Shown: piece by piece, positions 1-9,141 of the stretch | Layout of the letters: each line of letters opens with the position of its first letter | Numbering within the stretch: the first letter of the stretch is position 1 | Assembly: GCA_039030515.1 (NCBI GenBank) | Contig: JBCCEA010000015.1 | Span: forward strand, 1 to 64,000 | Source: Myxococcota bacterium | GTDB lineage: Bacteria; Myxococcota_A; Polyangia; Polyangiales; Houyiibacteriaceae | DNA: 64,000 bases | Direction of reading: 5' to 3' | The notes under the pieces: generated by a model | Database searches by the model: none | What the model was told of the DNA's origin: nothing | What the model saw: only the letters and a program-made list of their open reading frames with translations | Program-made: the position numbers and the translations under genes

Positions 1-126
1 CACGTCGGGCGCCGGCAGGGGCCTCGCGCCCGCTACCGCACGGCGCGCAAGAACACCTTCGATATCCGCCGCGTCGCCGCCGTCGAGAACCTCCACGCCA
101 TCGACCGACGGCAGAAGGCGGCGTGA
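1..126 (+). CDS. C-terminal fragment of an IS1182-like DDE transposase (5' end outside window)
   Basis: Frame 1 reads HVGRRQGPRARYRTARKNTFDIRRVAAVENLHAIDRRQKAA*. This resembles the H..R.QG.RARY...RKN.FD.RR.A.V.NL tail of IS1182-type transposases. First 120 nt are about 73% GC (88/120), well above the rest of the window. Not in the ORF track because it is partial. Confidence 0.7.
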   Translation, partial: HVGRRQGPRARYRTARKNTFDIRRVAAVENLHAIDRRQKAA

Positions 127-147
127 CTTAGTCGTTCAGCGACCTAG
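1..147 (+). mobile_element. Right end of a probable insertion sequence, ending at a CTAG (possible target site)
   Basis: Transposase stop at 124-126 is followed by cttagtcgttcagcgacCTAG (CTAG at 144-147), then an abrupt switch into a tandem array. The left end is not visible, so the IR and TSD cannot be confirmed. Confidence 0.5.
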
Positions 148-375
148 TCAGGCTGGGCGGAGGCCGGAACCGTACCTAGTCAGGCTGGGCGGAGGCTGGG
201 CGGAGGCCGGAACCGTACCTAGTCAGGCTGGGCGGAGGCCGGAACCGTACCCGGTCAGGCTGGGCGGAGGCCGGAACCGTACCCGGTCAGGCTGGGCGGA
301 GGCCGGAACCGTACCCGGTCGAGGCCGGTCGGAACCGTACCCGGTCAGGCCGGTCAGGCCGGTCAGGCCGGTCAG
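143..375. repeat. 32-bp tandem array cc(ta/cg)gtcaggctgggcggaggccggaaccgta, decaying into a 9-bp repeat
   Basis: Units at 143-174, 175-217 (with an 11-bp internal duplication), 218-249, 250-281, 282-313 and a degenerate 314-339, then about 4 x ccggtcagg (341-375). No spacers. Confidence 0.95.
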
Positions 376-496
376 CATCTTGGGACACATCCTAGGTTCC
401 CAAGGCGATCGACAACTGGTTCACTGAGATTTGGATACGCTCGCCGTGGACCCGCAGTGCCCTGACCTGCAGCGAGTGATCGGCCACTCAAACGCG

Positions 497-2074
497 TCAC
501 TCATTCTTCCATCGAAGGGCGACGGCTCGGAGCCATCTTATCGTCGCCATGATACGTCGCCCTACGTGCCCGCCGGAGCGAACATCCGACAAAGCTCGTC
601 TGGTGGCGACCAGTCGATGGGTATAGGGAAACCACCACGGTTCTCTCTTTCTCACGCCAGGATCGACGACAAGCGTTTGAGGTCTCGTAACTATCTCAAA
701 AACATCACGATCGATACCATGAACGCCACTCTGACGCGCACCAGACGGATGCGAGGACGGGATTGCCTCACGAAACCCATGGTTGTTAATAGAAAGGAAC
801 ACCGCAGAGACAGATCTCGCAACCACTTCTCCTCGTCGAGTATCTCGAGTCCATACGCTGACACCGATATCCGTACTCAGCCCTCTCGAGACCTCAATCG
901 CCTCCTGCTCGTCGGAAACCACGCAGATCGACACAACTGGACCTTGCATGGACTCGGCATGAATCGATGCTTCTGCATCCTCCTCCGTAATCACTGTTGG
1001 CTCAAACCAGATTCCGCCTCGGTCGAGAATGTGCCCGCCGACAAGAATCTGCGCTCCACGTGCATTCGACTCAGCTAACTGTAAAAGCAACTTTTCCTGC
1101 TGAGCCCGCGAAAGTAACGGACCGTAGTCCTGGCCGGGAGTGAGCTGACTTATGAGGTGTACTAGGCGACTTGAGAACTCCTCAGCGATATCCGCAACTA
1201 CAATGACGCACTCAAGGCGTGCGGAGCGCTGGGCAAGGGACATCGACGCCCAAACAATACCCTGTGCAGCCCGATCCAATTCCGCGTCATGCAGAACGAT
1301 CGCAACATCCTTACCGCCGAGCTCGATCGATGCGGGAACACGTGCTTCAAGCGCCGCCTGAGACACACGTTTACCGGTCGCTGAGTCTCCCACGAACACC
1401 AACGCGTCAACCTGGGCAGCCTCTTCGCAAAACTTCACAGCAACTTCGGGACCTCTCGGAACCACCTGCAACAAGCCCCTGCCGAACACCTCTTCCGCGG
1501 ACTCTTGAATCAGGAAGGCTGAGCGCAGCTTTTGCGGTCCCGGGCAATGCACCACCGCGTTTCCAGAGACCAACGCAGGCAGGATCGTTCGCAAAGGCAG
1601 CGCCAGCGGGTTACCCCACTGAGTCACCAAACCCACAACACCCCTCGGATAGCGCTCAACCAACGCTTGCTTCGATGGAAACCCGAACAATGAAAGGGCA
1701 TGCTCCGAACTCGACCACAGTGAGGGTAAGGCAGAGCTCCAGTACTCCGACAGCCGAGTGATCGCACCGATATCGTGCATCCAAGCCTCAGCCTCAGGCA
1801 CGCCCGTTTCTTTGCAGATCATCTGAACAAGCCGATAACGCCGGCGCATGAGCGCACGCGAAAACCTTTGCAGCATCAGGATTCGCTGCCGCAGCGTACG
1901 GGCTCCGTGTACCGCTTGAGCCCGACGTGCACGACCGACAGCTACAGCAACTTCGTCGGTGGTCATACGCCGCACTGCCGGAAGCGGCGTTCCATCCAAA
2001 GGAGAAAACGCGACTAGCTCGGCCTCGCCTTCATTGCCCCGTGGGCGTTCATTCTCCATCACTTTATTCACCAA
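497..2074 (-). CDS. Aldehyde dehydrogenase family protein with degenerate active-site motifs
   Basis: PRGVVGLV, IELGGKD, G.WFEPTV, GPVVSI and the overall length fit the ALDH fold. The catalytic Cys position reads Ser (AQRSARLE). Start may be the ATG at about 2059. Confidence 0.85.
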   Translation of the reverse strand: MVNKVMENERPRGNEGEAELVAFSPLDGTPLPAVRRMTTDEVAVAVGRARRAQAVHGARTLRQRILMLQRFSRALMRRRYRLVQMICKETGVPEAEAWMHDIGAITRLSEYWSSALPSLWSSSEHALSLFGFPSKQALVERYPRGVVGLVTQWGNPLALPLRTILPALVSGNAVVHCPGPQKLRSAFLIQESAEEVFGRGLLQVVPRGPEVAVKFCEEAAQVDALVFVGDSATGKRVSQAALEARVPASIELGGKDVAIVLHDAELDRAAQGIVWASMSLAQRSARLECVIVVADIAEEFSSRLVHLISQLTPGQDYGPLLSRAQQEKLLLQLAESNARGAQILVGGHILDRGGIWFEPTVITEEDAEASIHAESMQGPVVSICVVSDEQEAIEVSRGLSTDIGVSVWTRDTRRGEVVARSVSAVFLSINNHGFREAIPSSHPSGARQSGVHGIDRDVFEIVTRPQTLVVDPGVRKREPWWFPYTHRLVATRRALSDVRSGGHVGRRIMATIRWLRAVALRWKNE

Positions 2075-2209
2075 AATGCCAATTGATCAAGATGCTAAAA
2101 GGCGTCGACTTACTGCAATGAGCGTGCAGATGACGTTCATCACCGGGATGTGCGAAGCGACTGACTCCAACATAGTTTGTGCCCGAATGCGAAGCACTCT
2201 CTAGGCTCC

Positions 2210-3745
2210 TCATGAGTGTTCTTTAGGCCGACTGGAGACATAGCCACCGCGAACGCGAATCGCTGCTCCATCTGAAATCAACTTGATGAGGTGACTCTCA
2301 AGAGACCTCAGTGCAATTGGCCAGACGCTGGACGGCACATCGCAGTAGACTTCTGAAACGAGCTCAGAAGCGGTTGCGGGCTCGGTGTATCGACTAAGCA
2401 CTTGAAGCACAGCACGCTCGCGCTTTAGTCGATGTTCGATGTATCTCTGGAGCACCGAATCCGGAGGAAACAAAGGCTTACCGTGCGCGGGCAACATGAC
2501 GGATAAATCCAGTTGCTGCAGACTTCTTAACGATTCTAAGTACAGACGAAGGTCGCCGTCCTCTGGCTCGATGAGGATCGTTCCCTTCCCAGCAACCATA
2601 TCTCCCACCACCGCGAATCTCGAGCATTCATTGAACAGACAAATATGACCCGATGCATGACCAGGAGTCTCTATGACCCGAAGTTTCGAAGTCATCTGAG
2701 CATCAGAGTAGGCGAGTACATCACCCTCAGAAAGCAAGCGATCAAAATGTATACGCCCTCGAAGGAGGGCTGCCGTGTTCATATGAGCTGCAAGAGGCGC
2801 ATCTAATCTCTTTGAAAGGACAGAGGCGCCCCCAATGTGATCTTCGTGATGATGGGTAGCCACAATGAGTCTCACGCGCATCTCCGCATTAATACGACCG
2901 AGAACCTCGACCAGTCGATCGACTTCAAGCAGGTCCTTGGGGGCTGGGTCCACCAGGATGGCGTCAGAACTGCCAATCAGATAGGTATTGGTATGCGTGG
3001 CTGGCGGAAGTGTCGCCGTCCGTACCGGAATCGAGTACACGGATGGGGCGACTTCCCAAGCCCCTTCCGGCACACAGTCATATTTTGACACATATGATGA
3101 CAATACAGAAGAAGTCGGCGATCGCGGCGATTTCAAATGAACTTGCTGGCACAAAGTACTTAAGATCGAACCTAGAGGAGGACTGAGCACGACGGTACCT
3201 CGACGGTACTGACTGTAAAGGTCTTTTGCGTTCCACACTGCCTCCTTGAGCCCTACGACTTCCCAGTCGGACTCGATATCTAATTCAAAGCCAACCACAT
3301 GCATGGTCTCTACGGGCTGTACGTCCGGGGGAGTCTGCACCGCGCCCAGATGAAGCCATCGATTCACAGGCCCAGAGTCGGTACACTTTCGCAAAAGAAA
3401 GTCGAAGCCCGCATCTAAGTCGTTTGAAACTCCAGCTTTAGACGCGGAACGCACAGTTTCCAGAACGGCCTCCGCAAAACAGGCTAGATCAGAGGCCACA
3501 TAGTCCAGAGCAGATACGTGACTATCGACGCAAAAGCGCTTTTGTCGGGATAGATATGAAGAATACCTCGACTCACTCGAGAGCGGTCGACGTGGAAGAT
3601 GAATCCCTTGTGCAAAGAAGCTCTCAGACTGTTCACCCAGAAAGCGATCGAGTGAAACTTGAGCAGCACCTCGCGAAGACAGCAAAACCAAAGCTGGATT
3701 GCTGGGCGATTTTGAGTACACCAGTATCGCCAGAGACTGAAGCAT
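2210..3745 (-). CDS. MBL-fold hydrolase (LACTB2-like, C-terminal winged helix) with a degenerate N-terminal NUDIX-like domain
   Basis: Motifs TNTYLIG, THHHEDH, TPGHASGH, GDMVAG, PAHG, YIEHRLKRE and a C-terminal VY.DVP..VWPIA.RSL.SHL.KL winged helix. Confidence 0.85.
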   Translation of the reverse strand: MLQSLAILVYSKSPSNPALVLLSSRGAAQVSLDRFLGEQSESFFAQGIHLPRRPLSSESRYSSYLSRQKRFCVDSHVSALDYVASDLACFAEAVLETVRSASKAGVSNDLDAGFDFLLRKCTDSGPVNRWLHLGAVQTPPDVQPVETMHVVGFELDIESDWEVVGLKEAVWNAKDLYSQYRRGTVVLSPPLGSILSTLCQQVHLKSPRSPTSSVLSSYVSKYDCVPEGAWEVAPSVYSIPVRTATLPPATHTNTYLIGSSDAILVDPAPKDLLEVDRLVEVLGRINAEMRVRLIVATHHHEDHIGGASVLSKRLDAPLAAHMNTAALLRGRIHFDRLLSEGDVLAYSDAQMTSKLRVIETPGHASGHICLFNECSRFAVVGDMVAGKGTILIEPEDGDLRLYLESLRSLQQLDLSVMLPAHGKPLFPPDSVLQRYIEHRLKRERAVLQVLSRYTEPATASELVSEVYCDVPSSVWPIALRSLESHLIKLISDGAAIRVRGGYVSSRPKEHS

Positions 3746-3831
3746 CGCCTAAACTTGCCCGGCCCGCTTAGAACGAGCATCGCTTGTAGTCCTCGAAACG
3801 CTTTGCACTCTTTTGCCCAAGATCAGATACT

Positions 3832-4344
3832 TTGCGCTTGAATCAGTCGTTGAACGATAGGCCTCAAAACACGCTCAGGTTCATCAGGAATGCGGTCTTG
3901 GTAAGCCACCTGATCTATCCCGTCAACAGGAAGCCGCGTGTTGGGCGTTCCCCCCTGTTCGATGTTCACTTCAGTGCTCAGCGGTGGTTCGGTATGTGCG
4001 TGCTTGTATGCCACGTAGGCTGCGGCCCAACGTTCGGGCGCCCGATCGAACATAGAGACGTTGAAGCCGTGCAACGATACGAAGCGAGGATCTGGGAAAG
4101 ACATGCTTTGTTTTTGGAACACACTGAGTCGTTGGAACACACTGAGTCGTCGGAACACACTGGACTGGACCGACAAAGAAACTGCGCGAATTTCCGAGCG
4201 GTTTGCGCCGCCGCAGAGCGTATCTGTGATCTCGCTGAAGAAACCTTAGACGAGGACATCCGCAGACGTTGCGATCAGTCAAGCGACGTATGCAAAAGCC
4301 TTTCATTCGTTGCTCTTGACGGCGAGCGCTGCAGCGGGAAATAA
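3832..4344 (+). CDS. Hypothetical Cys-rich putative lipoprotein (true start probably downstream)
   Basis: Fills the gap between two minus-strand genes. Lipobox-like HVGC, LEHTES repeats and a 6-Cys helical C-terminus. Confidence 0.5.
   Translation: MRLNQSLNDRPQNTLRFIRNAVLVSHLIYPVNRKPRVGRSPLFDVHFSAQRWFGMCVLVCHVGCGPTFGRPIEHRDVEAVQRYEARIWERHALFLEHTESLEHTESSEHTGLDRQRNCANFRAVCAAAERICDLAEETLDEDIRRRCDQSSDVCKSLSFVALDGERCSGK
4114..4162. repeat. 18-bp tandem repeat ttggaacacactgagtcg x2.7 (encodes LEHTES)
   Basis: Units at 4114-4131, 4132-4149 and a partial 4150-4162. Confidence 0.9.
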
Positions 4345-4386
4345 CCCTTCGCGTCGAGAGAAGTTACCCCGGACGGAGATACTCGG

Positions 4387-4857
4387 TTAGTCCCAGTGAA
4401 CGGCGACGATTTCGTACTCACGAACTCCACCGGGCGCTCGGACCCGAACTTCGTCTCCAGCCTCGCGATTGATGAGAGCCTTGGCCACCGGCGAGGTCAC
4501 CGAAATGCTTCCCTTGTCCACATCGGACTCATCGGGCCCTACGATCCGGTATTCTACGATCTTTCCAGTATTGCTTTCTTCAAGCTCTACTCGAGCACCG
4601 AATTTCACTCGTTCACCACCGAGCTTCGAAGGGTCGATCACCTCGGCTCGAGAGAGCTTGTCTTCCAAATCGCCGATCTTGGCTTCGGTCAAGCCCTGTT
4701 TCTCTTTAGCTGCGTGGTACTCAGCGTTTTCTTTGAGGTCGCCATGCTCTCGGGCAACCTCGATCTCTTGGGCGATCTTGGGACGTTCTGCCTTGAGTCG
4801 GCCTAGCTCTGCCCGCATGGCTGCATGGCCCGTAGGCGTCATGGGTACGCGTTCCAT
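4387..4857 (-). CDS. greA: Transcription elongation factor GreA
   Basis: MERVPMTPTG...AREHGDLKENAEYHAAKE...ISVTSPVAKALI. Start trimmed to ATG 4857. Confidence 0.97.
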   Translation of the reverse strand: MERVPMTPTGHAAMRAELGRLKAERPKIAQEIEVAREHGDLKENAEYHAAKEKQGLTEAKIGDLEDKLSRAEVIDPSKLGGERVKFGARVELEESNTGKIVEYRIVGPDESDVDKGSISVTSPVAKALINREAGDEVRVRAPGGVREYEIVAVHWD

Positions 4858-4967
4858 TCGGGGAGAGTTAGAACATGACCCACTCTTCGGCAAGTGCGTG
4901 CCAGGAACACGGTTGCTGGCGTCCATCAAACTCAAGCCCAATCAAAGTGAGCTTGACGGTACGAGAG

Positions 4968-7900
4968 TCATGAACTGATGGATAACGCCGGCGGGAACTC
5001 CGACGCCGTTTTTGTCCTCTGGTGATACTCCTGAAGCGTCTGGACTCGTAGCCCCTGATCCCGCAAGCGTTCCATCGCCGCAACCGCTGCCGTCGCCGCG
5101 GCAATGGTAGTGAAGTAGGCGACCCCTGAGAGTAGCGTCTGACGCCTTAGCGACTGACTGTCGAGAATGGCCTGTGCACCCTGTGTGGTGTTGACGATCA
5201 TATCGACCTCTCCGTTGAGTATCGCATCCACAATGTGTGGTTGACCCTCCGTGACCTTATTGACCCGATCGCAGTCCACACCATCTCTCTTGAGCGCATC
5301 ACGCGTACCGCCTGTCGCAACGATCTCAAAGCCCATTGCGACCAATCGTTGCGCCAACTCGCAAGCTGCGGGCTTATCCGTATCACGCACACTTACAAAC
5401 ACCCGGCCCTGTTCTGGCAGGCTTTGTCCGGTGGCCAGTTGAGCCTTGAGGAAGGCCTCCGGAAACGTCTCTGCAACCCCCATCACCTCACCCGTAGATC
5501 GCATCTCTGGTCCCAGAATGATGTCCACTCCAGGAAACTTGTGAAAGGGAAACACGGATTCTTTCACGGAAACATATGGAGGACGCACCTCGCGCGTAAA
5601 ATCGAGCTCCTTAAGCGTTTGACCGGCCATCACCTTCGCGGCGAGCTTCGCAAGGGGAACCCCAATGGCCTTACTGACGAACGGAACGGTGCGCGAAGCG
5701 CGAGGATTGACTTCGATGACGTAAACGGCGCTCCCACGAACCGCGTACTGTACGTTCATCAGACCCACGACCCCGAGCTCGAGAGCCAACGCTCGGGTCG
5801 CCGAACGAATCGTGCCCAGGACCTCCATGGGCAGTGCATGAGCCGGAAGCACCAAGGAAGAATCGCCAGAGTGAACGCCGGCTTCTTCGATATGTTGCAT
5901 GATTCCGGCAACAACTACGGTCTCTCCATCCGAAATACAATCGACATCTACTTCGATGGCGTCTTCCAAAAACTCATCGATCAGGATCGTTTGGGCTTCT
6001 CGCTCATCTAGAGACTCAAATGCGACTGCGAGGTAGTTCAGTAAATCAGAGCGGGAATGGCAAATCTCCATTGCACGCCCGCCGAGCACATAGCTCGGCC
6101 GAACCATAACCGGATATCCAAGCGCGTCCGCAGCGTCGACCGCCGCCTTTTTGCCATGCGCGATCCGGCCTCGTGGCCGCCTTAACCTGAGTTCGCTGAG
6201 AAGTGCATCAAATCGCTCCCGATCCTCAGCGCGATCGATCGCATCAGCTGGAGTTCCAAAAATGGGCACCCCGGCATTGGACAAGGGCACCGCGAGTTTC
6301 AGAGGAGTTTGGCCACCGTACTGAACGATCACGCCAACCGGACGCTCCACTTTGACGATAGACATCACGTCTTCGAAGGATAGAGGCTCAAAATAAAGGC
6401 GATCCGAAGTATCGTAATCTGTGGAAACCGTTTCTGGATTGCAGTTGACCATGATGGTCTCGTAGTCGAGCTCTTTCAGCGCGAATGCTGCATGAACGCA
6501 GCAGTAGTCGAACTCAATCCCCTGACCGATTCGATTGGGACCACCTCCCAATATCATCACCTTTTTGCGCTCCGTTGGATTCGATTCCGACTCAACACCC
6601 CAGGTGGAATACAAATAGGGAGCGCGTGCGACAAACTCTGCTGCACAGGTATCCACGCGGGAGTACGTGGGTGAAACACCTGCCTCTTCACGGGACTGCG
6701 TCACTTCGTCTTCCGAGGTTGCCGTTGCAATCGCGATCTCAGCATCCGAAAAGCCGTCAGCCTTCGCCGTCCTAAGCGCATCTCTTGCTGAAGTGGACTC
6801 AAGCGCTAGGCGTGGAGAGAACGAATCGGCAAGACTCTGCTCTTCTTCTATCAAGTGTGAAAGCTGAGTCATGAACCAGGGGTCGATACCGGTCGCTTGG
6901 GTCAGATCTTCCACGGTAAGACCCACCCGAAGCGCATCGCATAGATACCAGAGGCGATCCGCCAGTGGAGTGCGCACGATGTAAAGAAGCGCTTGCCGAA
7001 GCTCATCATCGATCGGCCCGGGCAGCTCTTCGTCAGTGGAGCGACGCAATTGAATCGGCGTTCCGTCCTCTCGAAGGGTGCGCACTTGACGCGCAAGTTC
7101 TCTGTAGTTTACTCGCTCAAGCAGTGAGGAGAGCCCTGCCCTGCCAACCTCCAGGGAGCGCGCCGCCTTTTGAAGAGCCTCTTTAAACGTACGTCCAATG
7201 GCCATCGCTTCGCCTACGGACTTCATTTGAGTCGTGAGACGTGGATCCGAGTTGGCGAACTTTTCAAAAGCAAACCTAGGAATCTTGACTACGACGTAGT
7301 CGAGAGTCGGTTCGAAAGCTGCACTGGTTCCGGTGATATCGTTTTTCAGTTCGTCGAGGCGATAACCAACCGCCAACTTGGCTGCGATCTTCGCGATGGG
7401 ATATCCGGTCGCTTTGCTGGCGAGAGCGCTTGACCGGGAAACGCGGGGATTCATCTCGATCACTACCAGGCGACCATCCTCAGGATTGATGGCGAACTGA
7501 ATGTTCGACCCTCCCGTTTCCACACCTATTTCGGTAATACACGCGCGGCCAGCGTCGCGCAGTCTCTGATACTCTTTATCGGTAAGCGTCATCGCGGGAG
7601 CGACAGTGATGGAGTCTCCAGTATGAACCCCCATCGGATCAAAGTTCTCGATGGTGCAGATCACCGCGAAGTTATCGGCGCAGTCGCGGATAACCTCCAA
7701 CTCATATTCTTTCCAGCCGAGCACGCTTTCTTCGACCAGACATTCGTGAATAGGACTTTGCTGAAAAGCCCAGCGAATCGCAGTATGGAACTCTTCCCGA
7801 TTGTAGGCGATCCCTCCTCCGGACCCGCCCATGGTGAGCGAGGGTCGCAAGACCACCGGAAATCCGATGTCGTTTACCGCTCGATTCGCTTCTTCAACGG

Positions 7901-8351
7901 TAGTGCAGGTGTAGGCTCTGGGGCACTCCAAGCCGATTCGCGCCATGGCGTCCTTGAAACGCTGGCGCTCTTCCGCTCGGCGAATCGCCTCAACTTTGGC
8001 GCCGATGAGCTCGACTTCGAAACGCTCAAGTGTGCCCTCTGAGTCCAGAGACAGCGCCAGATTGAGGGCGGTTTGGCCTCCCAGTGTCGGCAGCAACGCA
8101 TCCGGCCGTTCTTTCTCAATGATCTGAGCCACGACACTCGGGACGAGTGGTTCGATGTATGTTCGATCCGAGAACTCCGGGTCCGTCATGATCGTTGCGG
8201 GATTCGAATTCACAAGGACGGTTTGGTATCCCTCTTCGCGCAGCGCCTTGGCGCCTTGAGTTCCGGAATAGTCGAACTCACAAGCTTGCCCGATCACGAT
8301 TGGACCAGAACCAAGGAGCATGATTTTATGGATGTCCTGTCGACGCGGCAT
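4968..8351 (-). CDS. carB: Carbamoyl-phosphate synthase large subunit
   Basis: [30 protein letters not shown], duplicated ATP-grasp domains ([19 protein letters not shown]) and a C-terminal MGS-like domain. Confidence 0.99.
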   Translation of the reverse strand: MPRRQDIHKIMLLGSGPIVIGQACEFDYSGTQGAKALREEGYQTVLVNSNPATIMTDPEFSDRTYIEPLVPSVVAQIIEKERPDALLPTLGGQTALNLALSLDSEGTLERFEVELIGAKVEAIRRAEERQRFKDAMARIGLECPRAYTCTTVEEANRAVNDIGFPVVLRPSLTMGGSGGGIAYNREEFHTAIRWAFQQSPIHECLVEESVLGWKEYELEVIRDCADNFAVICTIENFDPMGVHTGDSITVAPAMTLTDKEYQRLRDAGRACITEIGVETGGSNIQFAINPEDGRLVVIEMNPRVSRSSALASKATGYPIAKIAAKLAVGYRLDELKNDITGTSAAFEPTLDYVVVKIPRFAFEKFANSDPRLTTQMKSVGEAMAIGRTFKEALQKAARSLEVGRAGLSSLLERVNYRELARQVRTLREDGTPIQLRRSTDEELPGPIDDELRQALLYIVRTPLADRLWYLCDALRVGLTVEDLTQATGIDPWFMTQLSHLIEEEQSLADSFSPRLALESTSARDALRTAKADGFSDAEIAIATATSEDEVTQSREEAGVSPTYSRVDTCAAEFVARAPYLYSTWGVESESNPTERKKVMILGGGPNRIGQGIEFDYCCVHAAFALKELDYETIMVNCNPETVSTDYDTSDRLYFEPLSFEDVMSIVKVERPVGVIVQYGGQTPLKLAVPLSNAGVPIFGTPADAIDRAEDRERFDALLSELRLRRPRGRIAHGKKAAVDAADALGYPVMVRPSYVLGGRAMEICHSRSDLLNYLAVAFESLDEREAQTILIDEFLEDAIEVDVDCISDGETVVVAGIMQHIEEAGVHSGDSSLVLPAHALPMEVLGTIRSATRALALELGVVGLMNVQYAVRGSAVYVIEVNPRASRTVPFVSKAIGVPLAKLAAKVMAGQTLKELDFTREVRPPYVSVKESVFPFHKFPGVDIILGPEMRSTGEVMGVAETFPEAFLKAQLATGQSLPEQGRVFVSVRDTDKPAACELAQRLVAMGFEIVATGGTRDALKRDGVDCDRVNKVTEGQPHIVDAILNGEVDMIVNTTQGAQAILDSQSLRRQTLLSGVAYFTTIAAATAAVAAMERLRDQGLRVQTLQEYHQRTKTASEFPPALSISS

Positions 8352-8475
8352 CGCTTTCGGCTTTCTACGCGGCTCGGTGGATCCGAACTGCCTGCAGCCT
8401 AAGGAATCTCAATCCGCGCCCAACAACCGACAGGTTCATCCGGTAGCCACCGCTATCCGGCTATTTTGGCTGTGG

Positions 8476-8970
8476 TTAACACGTTCCCGGTTCAAGGGCC
8501 ACCGACAACGCACCGAGAATTTGCGCCCCTCGGGGAGTGCCCGCAGAAACACAAACCCGCCTAGCTTCCGGCGCCGTAAAGGAGATTTCAATGCAGAGGT
8601 CCGGCGATCTAAGGCTGTCCAAAAAGTCTCTACCCCACTCTACAAAGGAAATAGCGTCCGACTCGAGCAACTCAGGCAATCCGAGTTCGTCCAGCTCTTC
8701 AGCGCGGCCAACCCGGTACAGATCGCTGTGAACAATAGAATAGGAACCTTGATATTCGTGTACGAGTCCAAAAGTCGGGCTTGTGACCGGTTCTGACTCG
8801 GTTACGCCCAGCGCACGCGCCGCGGCGCGGACCAGAAAAGTCTTGCCAGCCCCTAGCTCTCCCTCCAGCAAAACGAAATCTCTCGGAAGAAGAGTTTCCG
8901 CCAGATTCTGCCCAAATCCGGACATCGCCATCTCGTCTTTGACCAACCACTCGAGGGAGTCTCGCATCAC
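8476..8970 (-). CDS. tsaE: tRNA threonylcarbamoyladenosine biosynthesis ATPase TsaE
   Basis: LEGELGAGKT, VTSPTF, HSDLYR and VEWG motifs. Confidence 0.95.
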   Translation of the reverse strand: MMRDSLEWLVKDEMAMSGFGQNLAETLLPRDFVLLEGELGAGKTFLVRAAARALGVTESEPVTSPTFGLVHEYQGSYSIVHSDLYRVGRAEELDELGLPELLESDAISFVEWGRDFLDSLRSPDLCIEISFTAPEARRVCVSAGTPRGAQILGALSVALEPGTC

Positions 8971-9141
8971 GTTAGAGTGTACGAAGCTGCCGACCCCGCA
9001 AGAAGCAATCAGCGAACTAAATCAATCGATAAGACGTAGAGCGATGCAGAGGGTGCGTCTCAGAGAGAAGAACCCAAGCCAGTTGCGCTTGGGTTCTTCC
9101 GGGCCGCGCCTTGCCGAATGGCGTGACATACTTCCCTTGTC

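Noticed and set aside
143..375. 32-bp repeats as a CRISPR array
   Set aside because: Units are head-to-tail with no unique spacers, and there are no cas genes in the window.
431..1078. 215-aa plus-strand ORF and similar long shadow ORFs (e.g. 5235-6011, 30895-31686, 46867-47685)
   Set aside because: They lie antisense to well-supported genes, have no recognisable motifs, and are expected in GC-rich DNA.
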